Source: an uncultured Actinomycetes bacterium (GTDB lineage: Bacteria; Actinomycetota; Thermoleophilia; Solirubrobacterales; Solirubrobacteraceae). Taken from it: a DNA stretch of 64,000 nt. The stretch spans positions 13,287-77,286 of the forward strand of contig CAVSML010000004.1 of assembly GCA_963729125.1 (NCBI GenBank). The letters run 5' to 3'. A program made the translations under genes and the position numbers. Below, piece by piece: positions 30,723 to 42,396 of this stretch (position 1 is its first letter; the number at the start of each line of letters is the position of its first letter). The notes under the pieces were generated by a model, which saw nothing but the letters and a program-made list of their open reading frames with translations, was not told where the DNA came from and made no database searches.

Positions 30723-33700
30723 GTGCCCCGCGTCCTCCTCGCCGCCGTCCTGCTCGCCCTCGCCGCGCCCGCCACCGCAACAGCCGCGCAGTCCTCGGCC
30801 GCGCGATCGGCCGGCGCCTGGCAGAAGCTGTCGGGCAAGCCGGCCGCGACGCACAACGGCGCCCGGCCACAGCTCGCTCCGCGCCGCTTTCGCGCGCTGA
30901 CCCTCGACCGCGGCGAGCTGGCGGACGTCCTCGCCGGCGCCCCGCGCGAGCGCACGCGCGCGCCGCGCACCGATCCGCTGACGATCTCGCTACCCGCGCC
31001 CGACGGCTCGTTGCGGCGCTTCGCGATCCAGCGGTCCTCGGTGATGGCCGCCGGGCTTGCCGACGATCACCCGGAGATCGCGACCTACAGCGGCACGGGT
31101 ATCGACGATCCCGCCGCGACCGTGCACCTCGACCTGACGCCGCTCGGCTTTCACGCCGCCGTTCGCGGGCCAGGCGGCAGCTGGTACATCGATCCCTACT
31201 ACCACCGCGATCAGAGCCTCTACGTCAGCTACCGCCGAGAGGACCTCGCCGACGGCCACGGGCAGTTCCTCGAGTCCGACGTCGCGCCACCCCCGGGCCG
31301 TGGCGCCGCGACGGCCGGCAGGCCGCGCATCGACGGCCCGCCCGTCGCGCTGCGCACGTACCGCCTCGCGCTGGCCAGCGATCCGGCGTACGCGACCTAC
31401 CACGGCGCCGCGAACGTCACCGCGGCCAAGGTGACGCTGGTCAACCGCGTCAACCAGATCTACGAGGACGACCTCGCGATCCATCTCGAGCTCGTCGCCG
31501 GCAACGACCTCCTGAACTTCGACACGGCAGCGAAGATGACCGGCGCCAACGGTCCGTGCGGCGCGGCGGCCTGCTACACCGCCGAGCAGGCGTCGAGCTG
31601 CGACATCGACACGCTCGACCGCACGCAGATCGTCATCGGCCAGCTGATCGGCGCGTCGAACTACGACATCGGCCACCTCGGGTTGGGCCTCAACGGCGGC
31701 GGCATCGCCTTCCTCGGCGTCGTCGGCGGCGACTTCAAGGGCGGCGGCTGCACCGGCGTGGACGAGCCGATCGGCGACCTCTTCGCCGTCGACTACCTCG
31801 CGCACGAGGTCGGCCACCAGTTCGGCGCCGACCACACCTTCAACGGCGCCATCGGCGATTGCGGCGACAACATCGGCGGTGCGTCGGTGGAGCCCGGCAG
31901 CGGCTGCACGGTCATGGCCTACGCCGGCATCTGCGACACCGACGACCTGCAGCCTCACAGCGATCCGTACTTCTCGCAGCGCAGCATCGACGAGATCACG
32001 TCCTACGCCGGCTCGTCGCAAACGGCGCTCGACGAGATCCAGACGATCTCCCTGCGCGACTTCTCGGGCGCCGACTCCTTTCGCCTGACCTACAACGGGG
32101 TGGCGTCGACGCTCATCATGCGCGGCACGAACTACACCTCGGCCGGCATCGAAACCGCGCTGCGGACGATCCCGGCGCTCGCGAGCGCGACGATCTTCGT
32201 CGACCGCTGGGACGGCACCCAGGAGAACCCCACCGACGTCGGCTTCGCGGTCGCCTTCAAGGGCACGCTCGCGAAGGCAGACGTGCTCCCGCTCACCCTG
32301 ACCTCGCCGTCCGGCGTGACGGGCTTCGTCGGGGAGACGACGAAGGGCGGCCCCGTCGACAACGGCGGCGCCGTCACCGCGACCGGCAACCGCGCCCCGG
32401 TCGTCGAGGCGCCGGCCGCCTTCACGATCCCCGCGCGCACGCCGTTCAGCCTGACCGGATCGGCGACCGACGCCGACAACGACCCGCTGACGTACCTGTG
32501 GGAGCAGAACGACGCCGGCACGGGCACGAGCCTGGTCTCCAACACGAAGCCCAACGGCCCGCTGTTTCGCGTCTTCGGCACCGCCGCCCAGGTGTCGGCC
32601 ACCGACGCGCTGACGTCGCCGTCGCCCGGCCAGAACACGGCCGGCACGAGCCCCACGCGCGTGTTTCCCGACCTCGCCCAGATCGCCGCCGGCAACACGA
32701 ACGCGGCAAGCGGCACCTGCCCCGCCGCGCCGGGCGCGCCACCGGTCCCCGCGGCGACCGTCGAGTGCTACTCGGAGTTCCTGCCGACCTCGGCCTACAC
32801 GCCGAGCGCGCTGCACTTTCGCCTGACCGCGCGCGACGCGCACGCCGCCGGCGGCGGGGTCGGCCACGACGACACGACGCTCACGCTCGCCAAGTCGGCC
32901 GGCCCGTTCCGCGTGACGTCGCAGTCCACCGCGACGAGCATCGATGCGGGAACGCAGATCCCCGTCACATGGTCGGTCGCGAACACGAACGTCGCGCCGG
33001 TGAGCGCCGCGAACGTGCGGATCACGATGTCGACCGACGGCGGGCTGACGTTCGGAAGGCTGGTGCACCCCTCGACTCCGAACGACGGCTCGCAGGTCGT
33101 GCGGCTGCCCAACGCGAACACGGCGCAGGCGCGGATCAAGGTGCAGGCCGTCGGCAACGTCTTCTTCGACGTCAGCCACGCCAACTTCCCCCTCGCGCCA
33201 GGCGCGCCGGAGGTCAGCTCCCCGAGCAGCGTGACGGCGCAGTACAGCGACGCGGCGCCGCTGACGGTCGCCGCCACCGACGAGAACTCCGCCGGCTCGG
33301 CGCTGACGGCGACGGCGACGGGCCTGCCCGCCGGGCTGTCGATCACCGCCGGCACCCCGTCGGCCGGCGCCCGCACGTTCACCGTCGGCGGCGCCGTCAG
33401 CGCCGCGCCGGGCACCTATCCCGTCGAGCTCGTCGTCAGCGACGAGGCCGGTCGTGGCGGCGTCGCGTTCTTCGACGTCGTCGTCGCGGCCGAGAGCGCG
33501 ACCGCGACGTACACCGGCGACACGCTCGTCAGGGGCGCCGCGGGGGCGACGCAGGCGCCGGCGAACCTCAGCTTCTCCGTCCTCGACAGTCCCGACGCCA
33601 CGCCCGGCGACGTGGCGAACGCCACCGTGACGTTCATCGAGGGCGCGACGACGCTGTGCGCGGCGCGCCCCGTGGTGACGGCGGGCAATCCCGCAAGCGG

Positions 33701-34217
33701 CACCGCGACGTGCACGGCGTCGCTGTCGACGGGCGCGGCGCACCGCGTCAGCGCGGTCATCGGCGGACGCTACGCCGGCTCGGGCGCCGGCGACGTCGAC
33801 GTCAGGAGGACACCCCCGACAACGCCGCCGCCGCCACCGCCGCCCGGGCCGCGCACGTCCGCGCTGCTCGCGCCGAGCCTCGCGGGCGTCGCCAGGCGCG
33901 TGCGGCTGTCCTCTTCGGGGCGCGTCTCGCTCGCGCTGCGCTGCAGGACGGTCGGCAGCGGCACGGCGCCGTCCAGGTGCGCCGGTTCGCTCAAGCTCAC
34001 GGCACGCATCCGCGGCAAGCGGACGACGATCGGCCGCGCGAGGTTCGACTTCCCCCGCTCGTCGAGGAAGACGGTCAGGGTCGCGATCGGCGCGCGGACG
34101 CGCCGGGCGCTGAAGAGGGTGACGTACGCGTCGCTGACCGTGACCGTCTCGAACGCCGGCGCCGCCGCCCGCAAGGCGACCAGGAGCGTGATCGTGCTGA
34201 AGCCCTCGCGCCGTTGA
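30723..34217 (+). CDS. large secreted zinc metalloprotease (reprolysin/M12B-like) with Ig-like repeats and a basic C-terminal module
   Basis: The GTG at 30723 gives VPRVLLAAVLLALAAPATATAAQ (signal peptide). Zinc site AVDYLAHEVGHQFGADHTFNG. The frame stays intact over about 3.5 kb. A PPTTPPPPPPPGP linker precedes an Arg/Lys-rich tail of about 120 aa. Confidence 0.85.
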   Translation: MPRVLLAAVLLALAAPATATAAQSSAARSAGAWQKLSGKPAATHNGARPQLAPRRFRALTLDRGELADVLAGAPRERTRAPRTDPLTISLPAPDGSLRRFAIQRSSVMAAGLADDHPEIATYSGTGIDDPAATVHLDLTPLGFHAAVRGPGGSWYIDPYYHRDQSLYVSYRREDLADGHGQFLESDVAPPPGRGAATAGRPRIDGPPVALRTYRLALASDPAYATYHGAANVTAAKVTLVNRVNQIYEDDLAIHLELVAGNDLLNFDTAAKMTGANGPCGAAACYTAEQASSCDIDTLDRTQIVIGQLIGASNYDIGHLGLGLNGGGIAFLGVVGGDFKGGGCTGVDEPIGDLFAVDYLAHEVGHQFGADHTFNGAIGDCGDNIGGASVEPGSGCTVMAYAGICDTDDLQPHSDPYFSQRSIDEITSYAGSSQTALDEIQTISLRDFSGADSFRLTYNGVASTLIMRGTNYTSAGIETALRTIPALASATIFVDRWDGTQENPTDVGFAVAFKGTLAKADVLPLTLTSPSGVTGFVGETTKGGPVDNGGAVTATGNRAPVVEAPAAFTIPARTPFSLTGSATDADNDPLTYLWEQNDAGTGTSLVSNTKPNGPLFRVFGTAAQVSATDALTSPSPGQNTAGTSPTRVFPDLAQIAAGNTNAASGTCPAAPGAPPVPAATVECYSEFLPTSAYTPSALHFRLTARDAHAAGGGVGHDDTTLTLAKSAGPFRVTSQSTATSIDAGTQIPVTWSVANTNVAPVSAANVRITMSTDGGLTFGRLVHPSTPNDGSQVVRLPNANTAQARIKVQAVGNVFFDVSHANFPLAPGAPEVSSPSSVTAQYSDAAPLTVAATDENSAGSALTATATGLPAGLSITAGTPSAGARTFTVGGAVSAAPGTYPVELVVSDEAGRGGVAFFDVVVAAESATATYTGDTLVRGAAGATQAPANLSFSVLDSPDATPGDVANATVTFIEGATTLCAARPVVTAGNPASGTATCTASLSTGAAHRVSAVIGGRYAGSGAGDVDVRRTPPTTPPPPPPPGPRTSALLAPSLAGVARRVRLSSSGRVSLALRCRTVGSGTAPSRCAGSLKLTARIRGKRTTIGRARFDFPRSSRKTVRVAIGARTRRALKRVTYASLTVTVSNAGAAARKATRSVIVLKPSRR

Positions 34218-34275
34218 TCGGAGCGTGCTGAACGCCGGCGTGCGCTGAGCCTGAAAGCGGGGTAGCAGGCCAGCC

Positions 34276-35730
34276 ATGGCGGGAGGGCTGCTGCGGACGA
34301 AGTCCATCGATCAGTCGATCGAGGACACGCAGGACGAGGAGAACGGCCTGCGCCGCACGCTCGGGCCGATCGACCTCGTCGTCTTCGGCGTCGGCGTGAT
34401 CATCGGCACCGGCATCTTCGTGCTGACCGGCGAGGCGGCGGGAACGCGCGCCGGCCCGGCTGTCGCGCTGTCGTTCGTCGCGGCCGGGATCGCCTGCGGC
34501 CTCGCCGCGCTGTGCTACGCCGAGTTCGCCTCGACGGTCCCCGTCGCCGGCTCGGCCTACACCTTCTCCTACGCCAGCCTCGGCGAGCTCGTCGCGTGGA
34601 TCATCGGCTGGGACCTGATCCTCGAGCTGGCGCTCGGCGCCGCGACCGTCGCCTCGGGCTGGTCGGACTACTTCCGCGTCGTCTGCGAGGAGACGCTCGG
34701 CGTCGCGCTGCCGGCCTGGATCGACGGAGCGAACCACAACCTCGTCGCCGCGCTGCTCGTGCTCGCGATCACGGGCGTGCTGTGCCTCGGCGTCAAGGTG
34801 TCCACGCGCGTCAACGCCGGCATCGTCGCGATCAAGCTGATGGTCGTCCTGCTCGTGATCGTCGCGGGCTTCTTCTACGTCAAGGGCGCGAACCTCGACC
34901 CGTTCATCCCGGCCAGCGGCTCGACGCCCGCGCCCGGGGGCGGCGAGGCGACGAAGAGCCTGCTGCAGGAGCTCGGCGTCAACACGGGCACGTTCGGCGT
35001 CGGCGGCATCTTCAGCGCCGCGGCACTCGTGTTCTTCGCCTTCATCGGCTTCGACATCGTCGCGACGGCCGCCGAGGAGACCAGGAACCCGCAGCGCGAC
35101 CTGCCGATCGGCATCTTCGGCTCGCTGGCGATCTGCACGCTGCTGTACGTGCTCGTGTCGCTCGTCGTGACGGGGATGGTGCCCTACGACAAGATCAAGC
35201 TCGAGGCACCGCTCGCCGAGGCGTTCAGATCCGTCGGCGAGTCGACGATCGCGCAGGTGATCTCGGTCGGAGCGCTGGCGGGCCTGACGACGGTCGCGCT
35301 GATCCTCATGATGGGCCAGGCGCGCGTCTTCTTCGCGATGAGCCGCGACCACCTGCTGCCGCCCTCCTTCTCGCGCGTCTCCAAGCGCTTCAAGACGCCG
35401 TATCGCACGACGATCGCGACCGGGATCGCCGTGGCGGCCCTGGCGTTCTTCGTCGAGCTGACAACGCTCGCCGAGCTCGTCAACATCGGCACGCTGTTCG
35501 CCTTCATCGTGGTCGCGCTGGGCATCCTCGTGCTGCGCCGGACGCAGCCCGACCTCGAGCGCGCCTACCGCACGCCGCTCGTGCCGCTCGTGCCGATCCT
35601 CGCGGTGCTCGCGTCGCTGTGGCTGATGCTCAACCTGCCGGCGGAGACGTGGCAGCGCTTCTTCATCTGGATGGCGCTCGGGATCGTCGTGTACTTCGTC
35701 TACAGCCGGCGTCACAGCCGCCTTGCCTGA
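34276..35730 (+). CDS. APC superfamily amino acid permease
   Basis: Intact 484-aa ORF with about 12 predicted TM segments. N-terminal signature LRRTLGPIDLVVFGVGVIIGTGIFVLTG. Confidence 0.9.
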   Translation: MAGGLLRTKSIDQSIEDTQDEENGLRRTLGPIDLVVFGVGVIIGTGIFVLTGEAAGTRAGPAVALSFVAAGIACGLAALCYAEFASTVPVAGSAYTFSYASLGELVAWIIGWDLILELALGAATVASGWSDYFRVVCEETLGVALPAWIDGANHNLVAALLVLAITGVLCLGVKVSTRVNAGIVAIKLMVVLLVIVAGFFYVKGANLDPFIPASGSTPAPGGGEATKSLLQELGVNTGTFGVGGIFSAAALVFFAFIGFDIVATAAEETRNPQRDLPIGIFGSLAICTLLYVLVSLVVTGMVPYDKIKLEAPLAEAFRSVGESTIAQVISVGALAGLTTVALILMMGQARVFFAMSRDHLLPPSFSRVSKRFKTPYRTTIATGIAVAALAFFVELTTLAELVNIGTLFAFIVVALGILVLRRTQPDLERAYRTPLVPLVPILAVLASLWLMLNLPAETWQRFFIWMALGIVVYFVYSRRHSRLA

Positions 35731-36646
35731 CCGGGGCTTCGCACTGCGCCGCGGCGAGCCCGTGCCCGACGGCATGCGCCGGATCGCCTGCGGCCAGCTG
35801 CTCGACGGCCATGACGCGCTGTCCAGCGCCACCGGGGAGACGCTCGGCGAGGCGGTGCACGAGACGCGCAAGGCGCTCAAGCGCCTGCGCACGAGCGTGC
35901 GGCTGGCGCGCGACGCGCTCGGCGAGCAGCCCTACGCGCGCGAGAACACGCTGTTTCGCAACGCCGGCCAGGATCTCGCGGCCGGCCGCGACGCGCTGGT
36001 GCGCCTGCAGACGCTCGACGACCTCTCCGAGCGCTACGGCGACGAGCTGCCCGAGCGCGCGGTCGCCGAGCTGCGCGCGCGCCTGGAGCAGGAGCACGCG
36101 CGCGCGGTGCGGGAGCTGCGCGGCGAGGGCCTCGCTCGCGCGCTCAGCGTGCTGCGCGGCGCGCAGCTGCGCGTGCCGCGCCTGATCTTCGAACGCGACG
36201 GCTTCGACGCGCTGGCGCCGGGGCTGCGGCGGATCTACGGCCGCGGGCGCAAGCGCATGCGCGCCGCCAAGAAGGATCCGACGGCGGAGCACCTGCACGA
36301 CTGGCGCAAGCGCGTCAAGGATCTGTGGCACGTCGCGCAGATCGTCGAGGTCGCGGAGCCCAAGCGCATGGCCCGGCTCGCCGACCGCGCTCACAAGCTC
36401 TCCGGGCTGCTCGGCGACCACCACGACCTGAGCGTGCTGCGCGCGTACGTCGAGGATCACCCGCCGTTTCTCGCGGGGCCGGAGCCCAAGGCGGCGCTGC
36501 TGTCGGCGATCGACCGCCGCAGCACGGAGCTGTGCGAGGAGGCGCTGGAGCGCGGGCGCAAGCTCTACGCCCGCTCGCCCAAGCGCTTCGTGCGCGAGAT
36601 CGAGCGCGGCTGGCACAAGCGCGCGGCCGACCGGCCGCGCGCCTGA
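35723..36646 (+). CDS. CHAD domain-containing protein
   Basis: Intact 307-aa helical ORF with AVHETRKALKRLRTSVRL and LHDWRKRVKDLWH. It overlaps the permease stop by 8 nt. Confidence 0.8.
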   Translation: MPDRGFALRRGEPVPDGMRRIACGQLLDGHDALSSATGETLGEAVHETRKALKRLRTSVRLARDALGEQPYARENTLFRNAGQDLAAGRDALVRLQTLDDLSERYGDELPERAVAELRARLEQEHARAVRELRGEGLARALSVLRGAQLRVPRLIFERDGFDALAPGLRRIYGRGRKRMRAAKKDPTAEHLHDWRKRVKDLWHVAQIVEVAEPKRMARLADRAHKLSGLLGDHHDLSVLRAYVEDHPPFLAGPEPKAALLSAIDRRSTELCEEALERGRKLYARSPKRFVREIERGWHKRAADRPRA

Positions 36647-36653
36647 ACTCCTC

Positions 36654-36932
36654 TCAGCGGTGCTCGAGGCGCCGCGGCTGGTGGCCCGCTCCGAGACCGG
36701 CACGCTCGGCGACCGCGAGCAGGGCGACGGCGGCGACGACGGCGCAGACGAAGCCGATGACGTTCAGCTCCCAGATGTCGCCGCTGCCGATCAAGTTGGC
36801 GATCGTTCCTCCGATGATCGAGCCGATGACGCCGAGGACGAGCGTCCACAGCAGGCCGATGCGCTGGCGGCCGGGCAGGATCAGGCGGGCAAGCAGGCCG
36901 ATGATGAGCCCGGCGACGATGAATCCGATCAT
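36654..36932 (-). CDS. GlsB/YeaQ/YmgE family stress-response membrane protein
   Basis: The ATG at 36932 is preceded by AGGAG. The protein begins MIGFIVAGLIIGLLARLILPGRQRIGLLWTLVLGVIGSIIGG. Confidence 0.85.
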   Translation of the reverse strand: MIGFIVAGLIIGLLARLILPGRQRIGLLWTLVLGVIGSIIGGTIANLIGSGDIWELNVIGFVCAVVAAVALLAVAERAGLGAGHQPRRLEHR

Positions 36933-36985
36933 GATGTGGCTCCTAAGGAAGGGATGGGGTTGCCGGACCGGGTACCCGCCCGAGG

Positions 36986-37861
36986 TCAGCGCGATGCCCG
37001 CCAGCGCACGGTGCCCGACTTGCACGTCTGGATCGTGCGCCCGCTCGCGCGATCGGCCGTGCGGTCCGACAGCGCGAACGTGCCGCTCGCGCCCTTGGAA
37101 CCGAGCTGCGCGGTGAAGCGGTCGTCGACGTGGATGATCGTCTCGCCCTCGGTGATCTTGAACCGCTCGCGATCGTTCACGCGCCCGCGCGCGTCGATGC
37201 GGATGTTCGTGCGGGGCGCCTCGACGCCGATCGACAGCTTGCCGTCGTTGCACTTGACCGACTGGCCGAACAGGCCGCGCGTCAGCCGGCGCGCGTCGGA
37301 CGCGACGCGCAGGACGATCGGGCGGCTCGGCCCGGTTCCGCGCTGGGCGGTGGTGCCGTAGTAGCGCGCCCCCTTCGGCGCGCCCGGATTGCCGGCACCG
37401 CCCGTCGGGCGGCGCACGGAGAACTTCACCGTCCCGCTCCTGCAGGTCTCCGCGTTGCCCTCGAGCGTGCGCTCGATCGTCGCCGAGATCGTGCCCTCGG
37501 CGGCGCCGGCCGACGTGAAGCGGCCCTTGAGCACGTAGCGCGTCTGGACCTTCAGCGCCGGCGAGGGCTGCTGCGTCGCCGTGCCCTGCGCCTCGAAGGC
37601 CCCGGAGGCGGAGACCTTCGTGCTCGCCGCGATGTCGCCGCCCGCGCAGCGCGCGCGCACCGTCGCCTCGATCTCGAGGCGGCGCTTGGGCAGCGCGCGC
37701 AGCGCGATGATCACGTTGCCGGGGCCGAAGATGTCGCGCGGCGGGGACACCAGCGCGCCGCCGCCGAGGTTGCCGCGCGGCGTGACCGGCGCCTCGGCGA
37801 CCGCGGCAGTCGAGAGTGCGAGCGCGCCGGCGGCTCCCAGAAACGCGGCTTGAAGGCGCAC
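36986..37861 (-). CDS. secreted hypothetical protein with an internal two-module duplication
   Basis: Signal peptide MRLQAAFLGAAGALALSTAAVAEA. There are two modules of about 105 aa. Each has an early Cys and ends in TC(R/K)SGTV(K/R)(F/W). Confidence 0.7.
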   Translation of the reverse strand: MRLQAAFLGAAGALALSTAAVAEAPVTPRGNLGGGALVSPPRDIFGPGNVIIALRALPKRRLEIEATVRARCAGGDIAASTKVSASGAFEAQGTATQQPSPALKVQTRYVLKGRFTSAGAAEGTISATIERTLEGNAETCRSGTVKFSVRRPTGGAGNPGAPKGARYYGTTAQRGTGPSRPIVLRVASDARRLTRGLFGQSVKCNDGKLSIGVEAPRTNIRIDARGRVNDRERFKITEGETIIHVDDRFTAQLGSKGASGTFALSDRTADRASGRTIQTCKSGTVRWRASR

Positions 37862-37948
37862 CGCGCCACCCTACCGCGACACCCGTCCGCAACAGCCGAT
37901 GCAGGCGTTACGCTCCGGTTTCCCGACCAAGCACAGGAGCAGCCTCCG

Positions 37949-38608
37949 ATGGACGACATCAGCACCTCCGGCTACGCCCGGCCCCAAGAGCGCACACGCA
38001 GCGGCACCTCCGCGCTGCTGGGCCAGGTCATGTTCCTCGTCTCGATCGCGCTGGGCTTCATGACGGCCGGCGCGCTGATCGGCCAGGACCTCTCGCAGGG
38101 CACCGCGCTGATCTGCTTTCTCGCCGGCTTCGGGATGCTGCTCGTGCAGGCGTTCGCCGGCGAGCGCTTTCGCGTCGGAACGCTGGCGGTCGTCTGGCTG
38201 TACGCGATCGCGCTGCTGCTCGGGCTCGGGATCGGGCCGACGATCGGCTACTTCCTCGAGAACGACGGCAGCGTCATCACGCAGGCGGCCGGCGCCACGG
38301 CGCTGATCGTGCTCGGCATGGGCGCGGCGGGCTTTGCGCTGAGCAAGGACCTGTCGGCCTGGATGCGACCGCTGACGTTCGTGATCCTCGGCTGCGTCGC
38401 CGTGTCGTTCGTGCTGCTGATCTTCTCCAGCGGAGGCAACCCGATCCTCAGCGCGATCATCGCGATCGTCTCGGCGCTGCTGATCATGGTCGACTTCAAC
38501 TACCTGCGAAAGCACGGCACCGGCAACGACGCGGTCTGGCTGGCGACCGGCATCTTCGTCTCGATCGTGAACATCTTCGTGTCGCTGCTGAACATCTTCT
38601 CCGACTGA
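37949..38608 (+). CDS. BAX inhibitor-1/YccA family membrane protein
   Basis: ATG at 37949 inside ORF 37130..38608. Seven hydrophobic segments. The C-terminal region ALLIMVDFNYL...GIFVSIVNIFVSLLNIF is typical of the family. Confidence 0.85.
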   Translation: MDDISTSGYARPQERTRSGTSALLGQVMFLVSIALGFMTAGALIGQDLSQGTALICFLAGFGMLLVQAFAGERFRVGTLAVVWLYAIALLLGLGIGPTIGYFLENDGSVITQAAGATALIVLGMGAAGFALSKDLSAWMRPLTFVILGCVAVSFVLLIFSSGGNPILSAIIAIVSALLIMVDFNYLRKHGTGNDAVWLATGIFVSIVNIFVSLLNIFSD

Positions 38609-38752
38609 CTAGAGCCGCTCCCCGCGCGCGCGGGCCCGCGCGAGGCGGGCGAGCACGACGACCCAATCGAGCACCCCCGCGTACAGGTGCCCGAGGGGAC
38701 CGGTGGCCAGCCACGCCGCGGCGACGACGTGGGGGGCGCGGGGTTTGGCCAT
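38609..38752 (-). CDS. possible 47-aa hydrophobic peptide (weak)
   Basis: Internal ATG of ORF 38609..38929: MAKPRAPHVVAAAWLATGPLGHLYAGVLDWVVVLARLARARARGERL. No other support. Confidence 0.2.
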   Translation of the reverse strand: MAKPRAPHVVAAAWLATGPLGHLYAGVLDWVVVLARLARARARGERL

Positions 38753-38762
38753 GCCGTGACGA

Positions 38763-38768
38763 TAAGGT
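38763..38768 (+). promoter_or_regulatory. possible -10 element (TANNNT) for a leaderless tig transcript
   Basis: TAAGGT ends 6 nt before the tig ATG (38775). No Shine-Dalgarno is visible. Confidence 0.3.
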
Positions 38769-38774
38769 GACCGC

Positions 38775-40259
38775 ATGGCCACAGCAGTCAAGACCACCGT
38801 CACCGAGCTTCCACATTCGCGCGTGCGCGTCGAGGCCGAGATCCCCGCCGACGAGGTGCAGCGCTCACTCGAGAACCAGGCGCGCAAGCTCGGTCGCGAG
38901 ATGAAGCTCCCCGGCTTTCGCCAGGGCAAGATCCCTCCGACGATCGTGATTCAGCGACTCGGGCGCGAGCCGATCCTCGACGAGGCCGTCCGCGGCCAGC
39001 TCACGAGCTGGTACATGAACGCGATCGACGACTCCGGCATCGCGCCGGTCGGCGATCCGCAGGTCGACCTCGGCGACCTCCCCGACGAGGGCAAGCCGCT
39101 GACGTTCTCCTTCGAGGTCGGCGTGCGCCCGACCGCCGAGCTGGGCACCTACCGCGGCGTCGAGGTCGGCCGCCGCGAGCCGACCGTCGAAGAGGAGGCG
39201 ATCGACGACGAGATCGACATCCTGCGCGAGCGCGCGGCGCATCTGCACGTCGTCAAGCGCCCCGCGAAGGACGGCGACTTCCTGACGATCGACTTCGAGG
39301 GCACCGTCGGCGGCGAGCCGTTTCCCGGCGGCGAGGGCCGCGACCAGCTCGTCGAGCTCGGCTCGGGCAACCTCATCCCCGGCTTCGAGGACGGGCTGCT
39401 CGGCGCCGAGGCGGGCGAGCAGCGCACGGTCAAGGCGACGTTTCCCGAGGACTACGGCGCCAAGCACGTCGCCGGCAAGGAGGCCGAGTTCGAGATCTGG
39501 GTCAAGGAGATCAAGCACAAGCACCTCCCCGGCCTCGACGACGACTTCGCCTCCGACACGGCCGGCTTCGACACGCTCGAGGAGCTGCGCGAGAACATCC
39601 GCGAGCGCCTGCTCGAGCTCGACGAGGAGCGCGTCGAGTCGGAGTTCCGCGCCGGCGCGCTGGACGCGATCGTCGCCGAGGCGACCGTCGAGGTCCCCGA
39701 GCCGCTGGTCGAGTCGCGCGCCAACGAGCTGCTGACGCGCACGATCCACGCGCTCGGCCACCAGGGCATCGACAAGGCGACCTACCTGAAGATCTCCGGC
39801 AAGAGCGAGCGCGAGCTGATCGACGACTCAAAGCCCGAGGCCGAGCTGGCGCTGCGCCGCGAGGCCGTGCTCGCCGCGGTCATCAAGGCGGAGAACATCG
39901 AGCCGACCGAGCAGCAGATGCTCGACGCGCTCGAGGGCGCCGCCGAGCGCGAGCAGATGTCGCGCCAGAAGCTGCTCGACCGCCTGCGCCACGCCGGCCG
40001 CGCGGATGCGCTGGCCAAGGAGATCGCCGCCGAACAGGCGATCGACCTCGTCGTCGCGGAGGCCACGGCGATCCCGATGCACGAGGCCGAGAAGCGCGCG
40101 GAGAAGGCCGCCGCCGCGCCGAAGAAGAAGCCCGCCGCGACCAAGGCGCGCAAGCCCGCGGCGAAGAAGGCCAAGCCCAAGAAGGACGAGCTGTGGACGC
40201 CCGACAAGGACGCGGCCGAGGCCGGCGGCGACAAGAAGCTCTGGACGCCGGACTCCTAG
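38775..40259 (+). CDS. tig: trigger factor
   Basis: Intact 494-aa ORF: [28 protein letters not shown], PPIase region. A Lys/Ala-rich C-terminal tail. Confidence 0.95.
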   Translation: MATAVKTTVTELPHSRVRVEAEIPADEVQRSLENQARKLGREMKLPGFRQGKIPPTIVIQRLGREPILDEAVRGQLTSWYMNAIDDSGIAPVGDPQVDLGDLPDEGKPLTFSFEVGVRPTAELGTYRGVEVGRREPTVEEEAIDDEIDILRERAAHLHVVKRPAKDGDFLTIDFEGTVGGEPFPGGEGRDQLVELGSGNLIPGFEDGLLGAEAGEQRTVKATFPEDYGAKHVAGKEAEFEIWVKEIKHKHLPGLDDDFASDTAGFDTLEELRENIRERLLELDEERVESEFRAGALDAIVAEATVEVPEPLVESRANELLTRTIHALGHQGIDKATYLKISGKSERELIDDSKPEAELALRREAVLAAVIKAENIEPTEQQMLDALEGAAEREQMSRQKLLDRLRHAGRADALAKEIAAEQAIDLVVAEATAIPMHEAEKRAEKAAAAPKKKPAATKARKPAAKKAKPKKDELWTPDKDAAEAGGDKKLWTPDS

Positions 40260-40272
40260 GACGCCGCCGGGC

Positions 40273-40302
40273 CCGGGGCAGGCGATTGGTAGGCTGCCCC
40301 GG
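40273..40302 (+). terminator. hairpin between tig and clpP (possible attenuating terminator)
   Basis: ccggggcag-(12 nt)-ctgccccgg forms a 9-bp perfect stem. Confidence 0.3.
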
Positions 40303-40341
40303 CAGGACTTCACGCCACGACGCCCAATTGAAGCGAGGACC

Positions 40342-40926
40342 ATGAGCCCACTTGTCCCCATGGTGGTCGAGCAGACGTCGCGAGGCGAGCGCGCCTACGA
40401 CATCTACAGCCGGCTGCTGAACGAGCGGATCGTCTTTCTGGGGACGCCCGTGGATGATCAGATCGCGAACCTCATCGTGGCGCAGCTGCTGCACCTCGAG
40501 TCAGAGGATCCCGACAAGGACATCTCGCTGTACATCAACTCGCCCGGCGGCTCGGTCTACGCGGGCCTGGCGATCTACGACACGATGCAGTTCATCAAGC
40601 CCGACGTGTCGACGATCTGCGTCGGCATCGCGATGTCGATGGGGGCGCTGCTGCTGGCCGGCGGCGCGGACGGCAAGCGGATGGCGCTGCCGAACGCGAA
40701 GATCCTCATCCACCAGGTGTCCAGCGGCTTCTCGGGCCAGGCGACGGACATCGAGATCCACGCCAAGGAGATCATCGACATCCGCCAGCGGCTGGACGAG
40801 ATCATCGCCAAGCACACCAAGCAGCCCTACGAGAAGGTTCGCACCGACACCGAGCGCGACTACTTTCTCAGTAGCGAAGAGGCCAAGGACTACGGCATCA
40901 TCGACAGGGTGATCCACCAGCACTAA
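40342..40926 (+). CDS. clpP: ATP-dependent Clp protease proteolytic subunit
   Basis: ATG at 40342: [34 protein letters not shown]. Active-site contexts GIAMSMGA (Ser) and ILIHQV (His). Confidence 0.95.
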   Translation: MSPLVPMVVEQTSRGERAYDIYSRLLNERIVFLGTPVDDQIANLIVAQLLHLESEDPDKDISLYINSPGGSVYAGLAIYDTMQFIKPDVSTICVGIAMSMGALLLAGGADGKRMALPNAKILIHQVSSGFSGQATDIEIHAKEIIDIRQRLDEIIAKHTKQPYEKVRTDTERDYFLSSEEAKDYGIIDRVIHQH

Positions 40927-40931
40927 GAGCC

Positions 40932-42207
<1,276 letters not shown>

Positions 42208-42396
42208 CCCCGCTGCACCGACTGGCGAGAACCCCGCGCCGACGGCGGCCGTCATCGCAGTGGTGGGTCTCGTCGCGGCGCTCGGGTCGCTGTGGCGGGC
42301 GCGGGCGCGGCTGTGGCTGATCGCGAGCATCGTCCTGCTCGCCGCCGCCGTGGTGCACATGGCGTTTTTGCTGGCCCGCTGAGCTCGGCGATGCCA

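Noticed and set aside
29298-34217. A complete prophage or integrative element at tRNA-His (and likewise at tRNA-Arg, 10534-12046).
   Set aside because: There is no integrase, excisionase or phage structural gene. By eye I found no direct repeat of the tRNA 3' ends. Only a rearrangement or acquisition remnant can be argued.
42240-42381. A plus-strand two-helix hydrophobic peptide after clpX ([45 protein letters not shown]).
   Set aside because: There is no convincing start codon or ribosome-binding site, only internal GTG codons, and I cannot test conservation. It is noted but not annotated.
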